DNA of 49,066 nt from Trichoplax sp. H2 (Eukaryota). The position numbers and the translations under genes were made by a program. The stretch lies in the NCBI GenBank assembly GCA_003344405.1, contig NOWV01000001.1, forward strand, positions 1,612,001 to 1,661,066, read 5' to 3'. Below, in pieces: positions 14,504-26,558 of the stretch (within the stretch, counting starts at the first letter, position 1; each line of letters opens with the position of its first letter). Below the pieces are notes generated by a model, which worked only from the letters and a program-made list of their open reading frames with translations, ran no database searches and was not told where the DNA came from.

Positions 14504-17500
14504 ATGGAACTCCATGCTAAGCGAAGACTTGATCGTAATTTAGGCCAACTTATCCGTTATTCCATCATTCAACTTATATGTGGCATTGCTTGCCTTAGTT
14601 GTGCTATCGTTAACTTTGTATTAAATCCACAGAGTGCACCAAGTTATCAATTGATTTTGCAATGTGTCTCGGCCGGAGTGGTAAGTATTCTTGTAATGTA
14701 CAGTATAGCCAATTCTTCGTAACTAGCTGGTATACTATGCATCAACGTATGAAAAACGATAATGACGATAAAAGCCTTATTTTTGCCCGTAATAGAAAAA
14801 AAGTTCAATTATTTTCAATCTCAGACATCATTTTTGTTAATGATGCCATTGTAAGGGGAAAAAAGTAACAATTTTTCTTATGGATCAATCTTTGAAGCTG
14901 CCAATAGCTATTTTATTATTACTTTACATATCTTTTACTTGATACCTTTTCTTCTCACTAGTGAATTTTATTGTTATTGGCGACAATGTCCTTCGATAAG
15001 TATCTACGGCTATAACGTAAGCGGGTTCAGCATTGAGGATTAGATATTAATCCCATTGTAATTTAGGTCAATTCTTTTTTTTCCATTCTCATTTTATTTC
15101 ACTGTACTATCGAGGAATGGCTCTTCCTTTACTATTTTTCTATTTCTATGATTAGTAAGACAGGACTAAGTGTTAACGGTCATGATGCCGCCATATCGCC
15201 TGTTAAATAGCGTATCGTAGTCTGCCTGGTTGTTCTGTAAATTCGAGCGCCTGGGGGTTTATTTCATTGTTAAATGCTACAATTTTTGAAATTTCCTTCC
15301 CAACTTTGATGCCTTTTTATTCTAAAAAATTCTTTATTACGATAATAGCCTGCAGTGTATCCTATTTTACGTTAGTTTAATCTAGTGAAATGACTAAAAG
15401 AACCAAATAATCAATCACCAAAATAATGCCGTTATACTTTGAGAAAATATCCTTCTTTTCAATCATGGGTATGAGTACTCGCCGACGAAATCTAGAAGGG
15501 TTAACGTAGAAAGTATTCCTATTGTAAATTAAATCGATATAACCACTCTAGATTTAGGCAGGAATAACATTCTTTCCTATATTTTATGCTGTTAGAGTGA
15601 TTGACGTTCGAGATTTTGCTGGGATTGTGATATCAAAGCAAGTATTTATATTCCTTTCGCACTATCATCGACCGTAAGCAGATTATTCTTTCTTTTTCGT
15701 GATCAAGTGGTCGAGGATTGATGTTAACAACAACAATAACCGATTCAGCAACTACGATATCGAATAGAAAATATATCTCGTTGTAGCGAGGGAAATTTTC
15801 TGTTTTACAGCGCTAGCCAATTTGTCTACCTTTGATTAAGCAAGGGAAACGCAAATAGGATAATACTATAAAAATCAATAGTAGATTTACAGTCAAAACA
15901 AGTCGGTTCATTTTACTTTTATACGACAATCAATTGACAATGCATGTGTGTCCTCGATATTAATTACATTAATCTTGTTAGTGATGTTTTTATTCAGATA
16001 AATTTACTTCTGGGTTGAAAGTTGTTTAAAAATTCCAGCCCTTCGTTCTTATTTTTCTATAGGCATTGATTTGCATGTCTATTTACAATAACTAACATCG
16101 ATCACCGTCGCTTACCATTTTCAACAAGGAAGTTAATTAGGACTCATTCTTTGTTTGCTATTTTTCAATCTGTGTATAATCTAATTAAATCGTACATCGT
16201 TGATGAAACACTCTTGCATATGCTTCTGACGTGTGTATCCTTACCCCCCTACCAGTAATTTGTTGAAGCAAGTTACAGCCATCTCTTGAGAAGCATCATA
16301 TAAATATATGTTGAATTTTTAGTTGGATTATCGCTAGATTTAAGTACTTTAGCAACGTATAAAAAAATAATTTATCTGGTTTGACTTGAATTCAATAATA
16401 TGAAAAATTTCGTTTTCATAACGATTAATAGTTAAGCGTTTCTGCTGCCATGATATTTGGAGGCTTGTATAAGAGAAGATTTATTCCGTGGATTGCGTAT
16501 AGGGTAAGAATGTAGATTATGTAGAGAGAAATCAAGTTACACAATTGATTTCAGTCAAAGACTAGCTTTTAAATTTATTGTCGCCTAGTCTAGAGTAGAA
16601 CTCCTGTAAAGGAGCTTGCTGCAATAAATTCAGAATAAAGTAATAGATTTAATAAAATGATAGAATTGGAAGCATCGATAAGGAGCAACTGGTACAGAAT
16701 CATTAACAGACTGTTAAAATACGACTTAGCCATAACTTGGTTTTACCTCTATGGTTGATGGAAAGACGAAGTTACTCTACTCTAACTACAGTGTAAACGT
16801 TTGTGTGAAAAGTAAAAGGATGGATATGATATGAAATGGCTTTACCGCTACAATTTTGATCAGTTCTTATGTAGCTATTACTGAAATAGGCTATAATAGT
16901 ATAAGAGACATAAAATATCTGATTAGTGTTACTAATTAGCTGCAGCATCCAATTTAATCCATCAGTTTTCAACATTGACCAAGTCTTGCTTGCATTGTAG
17001 CTGAAAATAAAGATTTCTTTCGTAATTTTTCCAAGAGATCATTTATGATCGCAAAGGCTAATTAGCTACTCTTGGTAATATTGTAAAATAAAATTAATGA
17101 ATTGACGTATTCATTTGCATTAATTCCTTCCTTTAGCCGTTAACATTTCAAATTTTGAATACTGGACTTAATATCCCACTGTGGATGACCGTAGTTATAT
17201 CAGCATGGAATTATCCATACCTGTATAATCAATCGTCAAGATACGCTAATGGAGTATACTTGGGTATCGCTTTCTGCAGTGTTGTTTTATATGGATTAAT
17301 TACTGGTACACTTAGGCTGAACATGGACGCTTTGAAGGTAAGCTGGACTAGAACTAATTAGTGTGTAGCAGCGAATCTTGATAGACGAATATCATGGTTA
17401 AAACATCATGGAATCATAGTTAAATGATTATTTTTTCTTTTGGACAGTGTCTAGTGTACTACCTATTATTTCTCTACGATACTAATACAAGTTAGCCTAT

Positions 17501-17648
17501 ACCTAGTGGATACTACATGAAAGTATTTATGACCTAATCACTTCTCTAAATATAAAACTAGGCAAGCATAGAAGAGTCGAAACCAGTAAACGAGAATGGA
17601 ACGAAAGAAAGAAGTAGTAGAAGTTCTTATTACGATTCCAGTGTTTGA
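14504..17648 (+). pseudogene. Gene C: four-TM family paralogue with apparently disrupted exon 2 (pseudogene or exon-2-skipping gene); ends in DSSV
   Basis: Exon 1 14504-14680 (gccATGg; MELHAKRRLDRNLGQLIRYSIIQLICGIACLSCAI...AGV|gtaagt), exon 3 17137-17337 (PLTFQILNTGLNIPLWMTVVISAWNY...ALK|gtaagc) and exon 4 17562-17648 (ASIEESKPVNENGTKERSSRSSYYDSSV*) are intact and homologous to gene D. The best exon-2 candidate, 16063-~16131 (ALICMSIYNN*HRSPSLTIFNKE), has an in-frame TAA and a poor donor. Confidence 0.6.
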
Positions 17649-19158
17649 TTCAAGCTTTGTTAACGTGTGAATAATTTTTGATAGAGATTAGCTGGCTTCT
17701 ACCGAAACTTCAATTTTAACTAGTATGAAAATTACAATTTGTTACCGCAATAATTACCAAAAAGTTTGGACTACCTTAATGTACAGCAACTGCAATGCTA
17801 TATTAGACATTTCATTTGTACTTAGTATGTATCGAAATATTATCAAATTTACAGACTCTATACCTCCTAATAAGTAATCTGAGCCTAGATGATTCCGTTC
17901 AATTTTGTATTATACTATCAAGATACGAGAGCATGGAAATGCAATGTATGCAATTATATGCTTTATTTTATTCCTTTCGACGTTCACGCTGAAATAAGTT
18001 TAGCTAATTGGAATTTTAATTTTTGATACCGATAAAAGTTGTGTAATCAAGGTATTTGTTACTATAAGTATTTCAAATGCAATTATACTTGCTTCAATGA
18101 AATATATCAAGTTGTAATCCAGATTTATAGTTAACCATATTGTCATTTTTTTTATCCTCCTAAGCTACTGTATCTACAATTTCATTTTCGATGGTTCTGT
18201 AGTTGTATATTGGCATATATTTTTACGCCATGATGGATACAAGATATTATACTCTATGAAATCGCCCATGAACTATTCGCATTTGTCATCGTAGAATGAT
18301 CACTTTGACCTTTGTGATAGGCCATCAAGGCTTTGGTTAATGAATTCATTCCAAGTGTTTTCAATTTTGCCGGTATTAAACTATTTGCGTTCAATAGCTA
18401 TCCATTATGAAGAGAAAATAAAAGTATTATACATATGAAGCATATTGACCTTTAGGCAATCAAAATGGTTACACTACTTGCACTATGCCTATTCATCATT
18501 CTTCATTTATTTCTTTCACATTGGATTTTAATATTTGAGTTTATACGTACTTACTGACGCAATATCCAATGTCTGCCTTGGTCTAAGCTAATCGTAGTGA
18601 GATATTAAAAGTCTGATAGTATAGGCAACAAATTAGTATCAATGACCACCTCCGGAGACTTACAGTGGAAAACATAATTTCATAATGCTCTTATTCCAAC
18701 GGCTATATGTCTGATACATTGGGCTCGTTTTTTTCAGGTATTTACCTCCATGTATTACTGCAATTATCAGTTTATACAGTCATATACAACATGGGATTGG
18801 AGACATTTGTATTTAAAATTTTATTTGCTTCAACACCATTTATAAATAGATTCAAATTCAGAGATTAGTAGAAACCAAGAACCAGTTAAGGATACATTTT
18901 TAGACGGAAACATTGTGATACAACACTGTCAGAAATTGAAGATATCAATAATTGGTTTAAATTATGTAGTATCATATAAATACTTACTTCCTTAGACTTG
19001 CTATGTCAGCAGTAAGAGTAGGACTATGTACAGTATTGTACTAATAAATTCATTTTAGAAGCATTAAGATATGCGGATGGAAGGTTCAATTTAGTCATAC
19101 AAATACAAAATACCTTTAGTTTAGCCATTGCTAAAGCCCCTCCAAAACAAGTATAAAA

Positions 19159-19866
19159 GTAGGTAAAACACAACAGTTACAGGACAAGGATTAGTAGCTG
19201 ATTGAAGGCAGTCACCATCCTCAGACAAATTTCTTTTAGCGACATCTGAATGTCAGTATAAATATTACACTGCATCAACGTTAGCAATAGCATGCACGAT
19301 GTTTTTAATAGTTAGAGCATAAACACAACAGCTACAGGACAAGGATTACTAGTTAACTTGAGGCAGTACCATCCTCAGATAAATTTCTTGAACGAATCTG
19401 AATGTCAATATAAATATTACATTGCATCGACATTAGCTACAGCATGTACTCCTATGTTATAATAGTTAGAGCATAAGCACAAAAGTTACAGGACAAGGAT
19501 TACTAGTTAACTTGAGGCAGTAACCATCCTCGGGCAAATTTCTTTTAAAGACATCTGGATGTCAACATGAATGTTGCATTGCATCCACGTTAGCTACAGC
19601 ATGTACTCTTATGTTTTGATATTTAGAGCATAAACGAGTTAGAATGGAGCTTTATGGTCGAATCAACGTAGGTAAAATACAACAGTTACAGGACAAGGAT
19701 TACTAGTTGAATTGAGGCAGTAACCATCCTCAGACCCATTTTTTTTTAGCGACATGTGGTTGTCCATATAAATGTGATACTGCACTGCATCCACGTTAGC
19801 TACAGCATGTACTCTCGTGTTACAATATTTAGAGCATAAACGAGTTAGAATGGAGCTTTATGGTCA
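19159..19866. repeat. Tandem repeat array, 4 copies of ~155-200 bp, starting just 3' of the gene D stop codon
   Basis: Anchor CAGGACAAGGATTA recurs at 19180, 19335, 19489 and 19689, with shared downstream blocks (GAGGCAGT..CCATCCTC, TTAGCTACAGCATG, TTAGAGCATAA). Confidence 0.92.
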
Positions 19867-19874
19867 AATGATTA

Positions 19875-22659
19875 TTATCTGACTAAGGCGATGCTAGTAT
19901 AGTCTGGTGGGGCTGATGCGCGCTCACATTGGTGGCCATTGTTGACATCATGATATGAAGGTGGCGAAACCCTGCGAAATTGATGATTCCTTATTCTTGC
20001 ATGCTCGAAACGAGTCGTTGGGGATACCGTTGTTGTGGCGGCTTGGGTAGATTGTTCAATCCTGCTCATTTGATATGACGTATTTGAAGTTGAATCCTAA
20101 ACAGTGTTACAATATCTGATTCAATCCAGTTTTTGATCGAAATTATTTTATATAATTGAAGTAGGCTCCTTATTAGATATCTATTTCATTTAACAACGAC
20201 ATTTTTAAGTGATCCATATGTGAAACACATGGATCACTTTATTAATTAATTATTGAATTACCGGTGCACAGTGTAATGCTTTTTGCAGTATCACATTGCT
20301 GGCCCCAACGACGATAATAGCGGCAGTAGCACTCGTCAGAAACAATATATTAGCAATAAGAAGGCCAATGAAGGATCCAGGTATCGATCTAAAATTCCAC
20401 GCGGTCAAAACAAGAGCCATAGCAGGCAAAGTAATTTGTGCAAGTAGTACTACTTGAAATCGTCTTGGCTGTAGGATATTTTAAGATAGCAAAAAAGTGA
20501 GTTTATGCAGTATACTTAATTGGTCTCTCCAAATTTCTAGTTATCACTACGTTGAGAATCATTAATATAACTAATGAATGAGCAGCAGAATTGCGTTAGC
20601 GCTGATCTATTAGATAACCTGGAAAATACTGCAGTTATTAACTCTACTAATAATATTATCTTCGCCGTAGCTGACGTACCTCGTTCAAGAAGAAGCGCAA
20701 ACGATTTCTTCCAGCAAAAGTAATCAGCATTTGCGTACTGATGATTACAATCTGAGCAAATATAAAAACAACACCGAAAATGATTAATATAAGCGTGTGT
20801 ATTTAATTAGAAGAACATCGACAAGTGCCTAGTGAAATTGCAATACGAATGATAAAATAGACCAAGGCCTCCTAGGAGGTATATTTTAATTTGACAAGAC
20901 GATCTAATTTCAACAGAAATTGTTTTCTACAAGGCAAGGGTATACGGTACAACCTACTGTGTCTAAACGCAATTGTGTACGTAAAAACAAGTAAACGGTG
21001 TCCAAAATGTGTCCGTTCAGTTGACTGTTGGTATGAATTGATGGCTTATCACATGTGGAAAATTGTTGGCCTAGTATTATTCATTGCTAACCCTTGGTGT
21101 ATTTTATCCATTTAGAACGATTGCGTCCAAGGATGTTATGAAGGAGACTAGTTATCCTGCTTTTGCATAGATGAATTTGATTGAGGTATTGATTCGAAAA
21201 GAATACTGTAACGTGAAGTCAAGTAATATATTGTAGATTGATTAATATAGCTACAATTGAAACTATCTTCATTGTGATCGAGGAGTAAAGTAGGTTGGAG
21301 TTTTTACAACTACTTTATTCTGATCAAGTACTCTTAAGGCAATCAAACAGTGCTATTCAAGTAAAATCTCGACTAATTGTAATGAATCATCACGAGTTGG
21401 GATGATAATACTATAATTAGTAGTAGTCTGTGGAAAACCAATACTAGTATACCATGATAACAGAGCAGAATATATCAACATGACACCCGAACAATAACAA
21501 CAAGAGGCGCTTGATCGTCAAGGTAAACCGGCAGATGAAAGTGCTTGAGGATACGATCGATCCATGGTCAAAGTAGCAAGACTATGGTCATCCTTACGTC
21601 GACTAACACTATTTTAATAGGATTCTACCGTAGCGGTACTACAACAGGTTGATCGATCGAAGGAGAACAGTCCGTGTTGGCAGTTTTCCACGTCGTCCAT
21701 TCTCTTTCCAATACAATTTCCCTAGTCAATTTAACTACTTTATCCTGATCAAGCACTCGTACTTGTGATGAATAATCATCAATTGGGATGATAATACTAT
21801 AATTTGTAGTAGTCTGTGGAAAACCAATACTAGTATACCATGATAACAGAGTAGAATATATCAATATGACACCCAAATAACAACAACAAGAGGCGCTTGA
21901 TCGTCAAGGTAAACCGACAGATGAAAGTGCTTGAGGATACGATCGATCGATGGTCATCACTATGTCGACTAGTACTATTTTAATAGGATTCTACCGTAGA
22001 GGTACTACAACAGGTTGATCGATCGAAGGAGAACAGTCCGTGTTGGCAGCTTTCTACGTCGTCCATTCTATTTCTAATTCAATTTCACTCTTGAATTCAA
22101 CTACTTTATCCTGATCAAGCAAGCACTAGTACTTGTAATAAATCATCATGAGTTGGGATGATAATACTATACTAGCATACCATGATAACAGAGTAGAATA
22201 TATCAATATGAAAACCGAACAACAACAACAAGAGGCGCTTGATCGTCAAGGTAAACCGACAGATGAAAGTGCTTGAGGATACGATCGATCGATGGTCATC
22301 ACTATGTCGACTAGTACTATTTTAATAGGATTCTACCGTAGAGGTACTACAACAGGTTGATCGATCGAAGGAGAACAGTCCGTGTTGGCAGTTTTCCACG
22401 TCGTCCATTCTATTTCCAATTCAATTTCCCTCGTCAATTCAACACTACTTCTACAAGACTTGGACAACTCGACAATATTGCTTACCGCGACAGCAGCGAT
22501 GTACTGGAAAGCGATCGTGTAATCAAATGTATAGGACAGAAAATCGCACATAATCGCACATACTAAACACGTTATTCCAAGGCTTAACATTGCGATACCA
22601 TATCGAATCGATTGGCGGACGCAGTAATCAAATTGGAGAGCATTGCTACCCGAATTCAT
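19875..22659 (-). CDS. Gene D: four-TM family protein, 224 aa, tail with two PPxY motifs
   Basis: Minus-strand exons 22659-22486 (MNSGSNALQFDYCVRQSIRYGIAMLSLGITCLVCAI...AAVA|gtaagc), 20751-20680 (IVIISTQMLITFAGRNRLRFFLNE|gtacgt), 20468-20262 (PRRFQVVLLAQITLPAMALVLTAWNF...HCAP|gtaatt) and 20096-19875 (DSTSNTSYQMSR...VSPPSYHDV...SAPPDYTSIALVR*). All phase 0, canonical AG acceptors. Confidence 0.85.
21308..22448. repeat. Tandem repeat array (~3 copies of ~340-390 bp) inside intron 1 of gene D
   Basis: Anchor CAAGAGGCGCTTGATCGTCAAGGTAAACCG at 21501, 21887 and 22229; block GGTACTACAACAGGTTGATCGATCGAAGGAGAACAGTCCGTGTTGGCAG occurs three times. Confidence 0.92.
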
Positions 22660-23036
22660 TGCAAAATGGATGCGAAAAGTTTGCAATCTTTCCTAAATTG
22701 GAGTTAGAAGATGGCTCATGACTCAAGTCTGTGATTAGTATAGCAAGATGACGGACTGATATTGACAGTGAATTGTATGGTCGCTCGCTGGTACTTGGGC
22801 AGTTGTTGTCATGTGGGGTTAGTCGATTATGGGCGGTGGTCGCGATGCTATAGTAAGTACAGGCTACTGCTTGTGTCATGTCATCGTGATGAATCACTGA
22901 CTGGTTATGTTGAAGAGCGTGTTGCGATACGAAATCGTTTGAGATACTTTTTATGCCGTATGTAGGCCGAATGTTGGTGTACGTATGCGTACATCAACAG
23001 TCAATCAAAATGAGTGAATGCTACATCATACTGTCT

Positions 23037-24560
23037 CCCCATAGTAATCCTTATAAATGGATTGCTTTAGTATTTTTCATTATTCACGCCATATTTCTAG
23101 AAGTATTGACTATTAAATACTAGATCAGTTTATATGAGATGTATTTCAAGTTGCTGGCTAAAATTAGTCGATGTTAAACGTTTTAATCGGAAAGATTAGA
23201 GTGCGTCAAGAGTTGTGCGATTTTCTCAGTATAGTGTAGCAAATGCTTCATATATGCTGATATTAAACGTGTAGAATTGCAATACGAAAGTAAAGTGTAT
23301 CATACTGTTAAGACACTATGTCGATGGAAAGTGTTCTTTACCAATAGTATCTCCCAATACTAATCCTTATAAATTAATTGCTTTAGTATTTTTCATTATT
23401 CACGCCATATTTCTAGAAGTATTGACTATTAAATACTAGATCAGTTTATATGAGATTTATTTCAAGTTGCTGGCTAAAATTAGTCGATGTTAAACGTTTT
23501 AATCGGAAAGATTAGAGTGCGTCAAGAGTTGTGCGATTTTCTTAGTATAGTGTAACAAGTGCTTAGTGCATGCTGATATTAAACGCCTAACATCGTAATA
23601 CAATAAAAAAAGCGTATGATACTGTATAGGACACTATATGCTTGCAAAGTCTTCTCTACCAGTTCTATCGCCCAATAGTAATCCTTATAAATTAATTGCT
23701 TTAGTATTTTTCATTACTCACGCCATATTTCTAGAAGTATTGACTATTAAGTACTAGATCAATTTGTATGAGATGTATTTCAAGTTTCTGGCTAAAATTA
23801 GACGATGTTAAACGTATTCATCGGAAAGATTAGAGTGCGTCAAGAGTTGTGCAATTTTCTTAGTATAGTGTAGCAAATGCTTGATATATGCTGATATTAA
23901 ACGTGTAGAATCGCAATACGAAAGTAAAGTGTATCATACTGTTAAGACACTATGTCGATGGAAAGTGATCTTTACTAATAGATTCTCCCAATACTAATCC
24001 TTATAAATTAATTGCTTTAGTATTTTACATTACTCACGCCATATTTCTAGAAGTATTGACTATTAAGTACTAGATCAATTTGTATGAGATTTATTTCAAG
24101 TTGCTGGCTAAAATTAGACGATGTTAAACGTATTCATTGGAAAGATTAGAGTGCGTCAAGAGTTGTGCAATTTTCTTAGTATCGTGTAGCAAATGCTTGA
24201 TATATGCTGATATTAAACGTGTAGAATCGCAATACGAAAGTAAAGTGTATCATACTGAACAGGACACTATATCCATTTAGCAGTTCTGTTTACCAATAGT
24301 CGTTGATTGCTTTGGTATTTTTTCATTCCTCACGCCATCTTTCTAGAAATATTGACTATCAAATACTAGCACAGATTGTTATGAGATGTATTTCAAGTTT
24401 CTGGCTAAAATTAGACTTTATTAAACGTATGGATTGGAAAGATTGGAGTGCGTCAACAGTTATGCAATTTTCTTAGTAGAGTGTTATGCATGCTGATATT
24501 AAAAGTGTAGCCTTCTATGCACGACAGTATGTCGAATTGTCGATGCAAAGTGTTCTATGC
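23037..24560. repeat. Tandem repeat array, ~316-318 bp unit, 4 near-identical copies plus a degenerate fifth
   Basis: Anchor TAATCCTTATAAAT at 23045, 23361, 23679 and 23995; GGAAAGATTAGAGTGCGTCAAGAGTTGTGC repeated; diverged copy at ~24300-24560. Confidence 0.95.
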
Positions 24561-26558
24561 CATCCGACCAGTGCTGATGATTCGGATTGAGTAATTTTTG
24601 TTACGCAATCCTAGACTAGAAAGTTTTTCTACCAGTCTACACAGGCAATGATCAGCCCGTTTGGCTTGGTTATTGCCAATGATGCAAAGTATTTCAGCAA
24701 ACTAGTAAAGGAGAGACTTTTGAGGAAACCCCATGATATTGCCACTTTACGTGGAAAAGGACTAAAACCCTGCCTGCCCCACTTGAAAATATTGTAATCA
24801 AATATCCCAAAATAACTGAGAGAAAGTTGGGGATGAGAACGGTCGTTAGCAATGAGTTGGATGAAAGAGGAAGACAGACTTGTGGATGAGTGTCTGGATG
24901 ACTTAGTCCTGGACTGGTAGCCATGTTGAAAACAGCTCGAAATTCCCAGTAGTGTAGTTGGTAGCACTGTCCACTGCATTGGCATCGGAAAGGATTCTTT
25001 CAACCAGTCCGTGTTCCTGCCTTGGACTCTGTCAAGAGTCAAGCCATCATCGACTTATTCCATGCATAGACCCAATGGAGTATAAATGAATTAACAGCAC
25101 TACAGGCATTGAATTCAATTTAGCCAACTACCATGTTGTTGATCATCATCATCACTGACTTCATTGATGAATCATTGATGGATCGTAGGTATATTCTAGT
25201 TCTGCCGACTGCCATCAATAAATGGATTGATGTCTATCGGCTTTCTGGAACCAAGGCCATCTTCATTTGAGGAGCGGTAGTCCAGGGTAGCCTAGCATGG
25301 ACAAGTCGGTGAGCGCTACGCTGACTAATACTTGCTAGGCTTTTGAATTATTCAAGCGGTCTCCATTAAAATCAGGCCGCCAAAACAACCTTTTGCCTTT
25401 GCTCTAAATGATCGATTGAGCACGCATACAAGGCCGACAAACTACGGCTACCGTATCCGATGGCAGCAACCATTGGAGATGGTTGCTAGGCTAGCTCCAC
25501 CGCATACGGACGGCGGCACTCCGTCGCCATAGGACCCATCGGCCTTACCTTTGCCTGTAGACGAAGGGGTTTAACAAAAGGTAGAGTAGAGTAGTAGTCC
25601 ATAGCAGGACATCTAGCCATCGCCAATAGCTATATTAGTAGCATAATCAACTTGCGTGTAGTAATTGACGAAGAAAACGCCAAGCACAACCCCAACACTT
25701 TTGGCTATTGCCTTCCTTCTATTCCAATTAATTAGTAGACCTTTAATTGACTCGCCACGTTACCAGTAGCATCACGTAAGTATATCCTATGTTTATTCCG
25801 GCTTGTAGAAATTAGAATCAATAGCGGGTATCCATCACGAGATAGGATTGCTGAGTGATGATGATGATGATGAGGCAAGTTGGTCCATTTCGATCCTAGT
25901 GCCTAGTGGAGAAAATCATTAAACCCTATTTGGATTTCTTTCGCCTTTGCTGTATAAAACACAAGCTGTCAAATGGACTAGTTGTTAATTGCATTACATG
26001 CGTAGCAGTCATCGCCATGGGACTATTTTTCAATTGGAGAAGAATAGGGGAGGAAAAAAATTAGTCTTGATTAACTACATACAGTACATTGTAAAATAAA
26101 TAAATTATACAGGGAATATCAAAGTAATAGACAAGAGTGCTTCCTATATCACCCTAGTGAAATTCGTTGTCAATCGTTTTAAAAGGCCTTTTTTGAATCC
26201 AACTCATTCCATTAGCGTACAATCATGAACGCCAAGAGACAAAATTGATATCACGCATTTGGATTCAATATGGTTGATCCATATCGATCGATAGTCTACG
26301 TCTAATTGAAATAAAAACTTAATTTTAATTGCAATTGGTAGGATCAATCAATCAACGTCGTCATGTCTTGACGTTGGGATATCTTTACCCATTAAAAATG
26401 GGCGTCTGTTACTTCTCCTTCATAAAGCTATTGAATTATACAACCATTTCAACTCATTTCGTTCTATTTTTTCTATGCCTAACTATTCTACTTGGTTTTT
26501 TTTTTTACAGTTTTCAACAGTTCTCCTACTTCCAATCAGCTACACTATCTCTCAAAAA

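Noticed and set aside
14962-15154. AG/GT-bounded segments as exon-2 candidates for gene C
   Set aside because: 14962-15016 begins with an in-frame TGA, and 15067-15154 ends in phase 1, which is incompatible with exon 3.
21625-21876. 83-aa ORF sharing its C-terminus with ORF 22333-22686
   Set aside because: The shared peptide comes from the intronic tandem repeat. Only 22486-22659 is a true exon.
19159-24560. Repeat arrays as CRISPR-like loci
   Set aside because: Whole units of 155-390 bp are repeated with no unique spacers, the context is eukaryotic, and there are no cas genes.
24574-24622. CTGATGA followed by a stem and a later GAAA, as a possible hammerhead ribozyme
   Set aside because: The stem is not directly flanked by the core motifs, and no stems I/III or cleavage triplet could be built. 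No hammerhead core was seen in the tandem-repeat units either.
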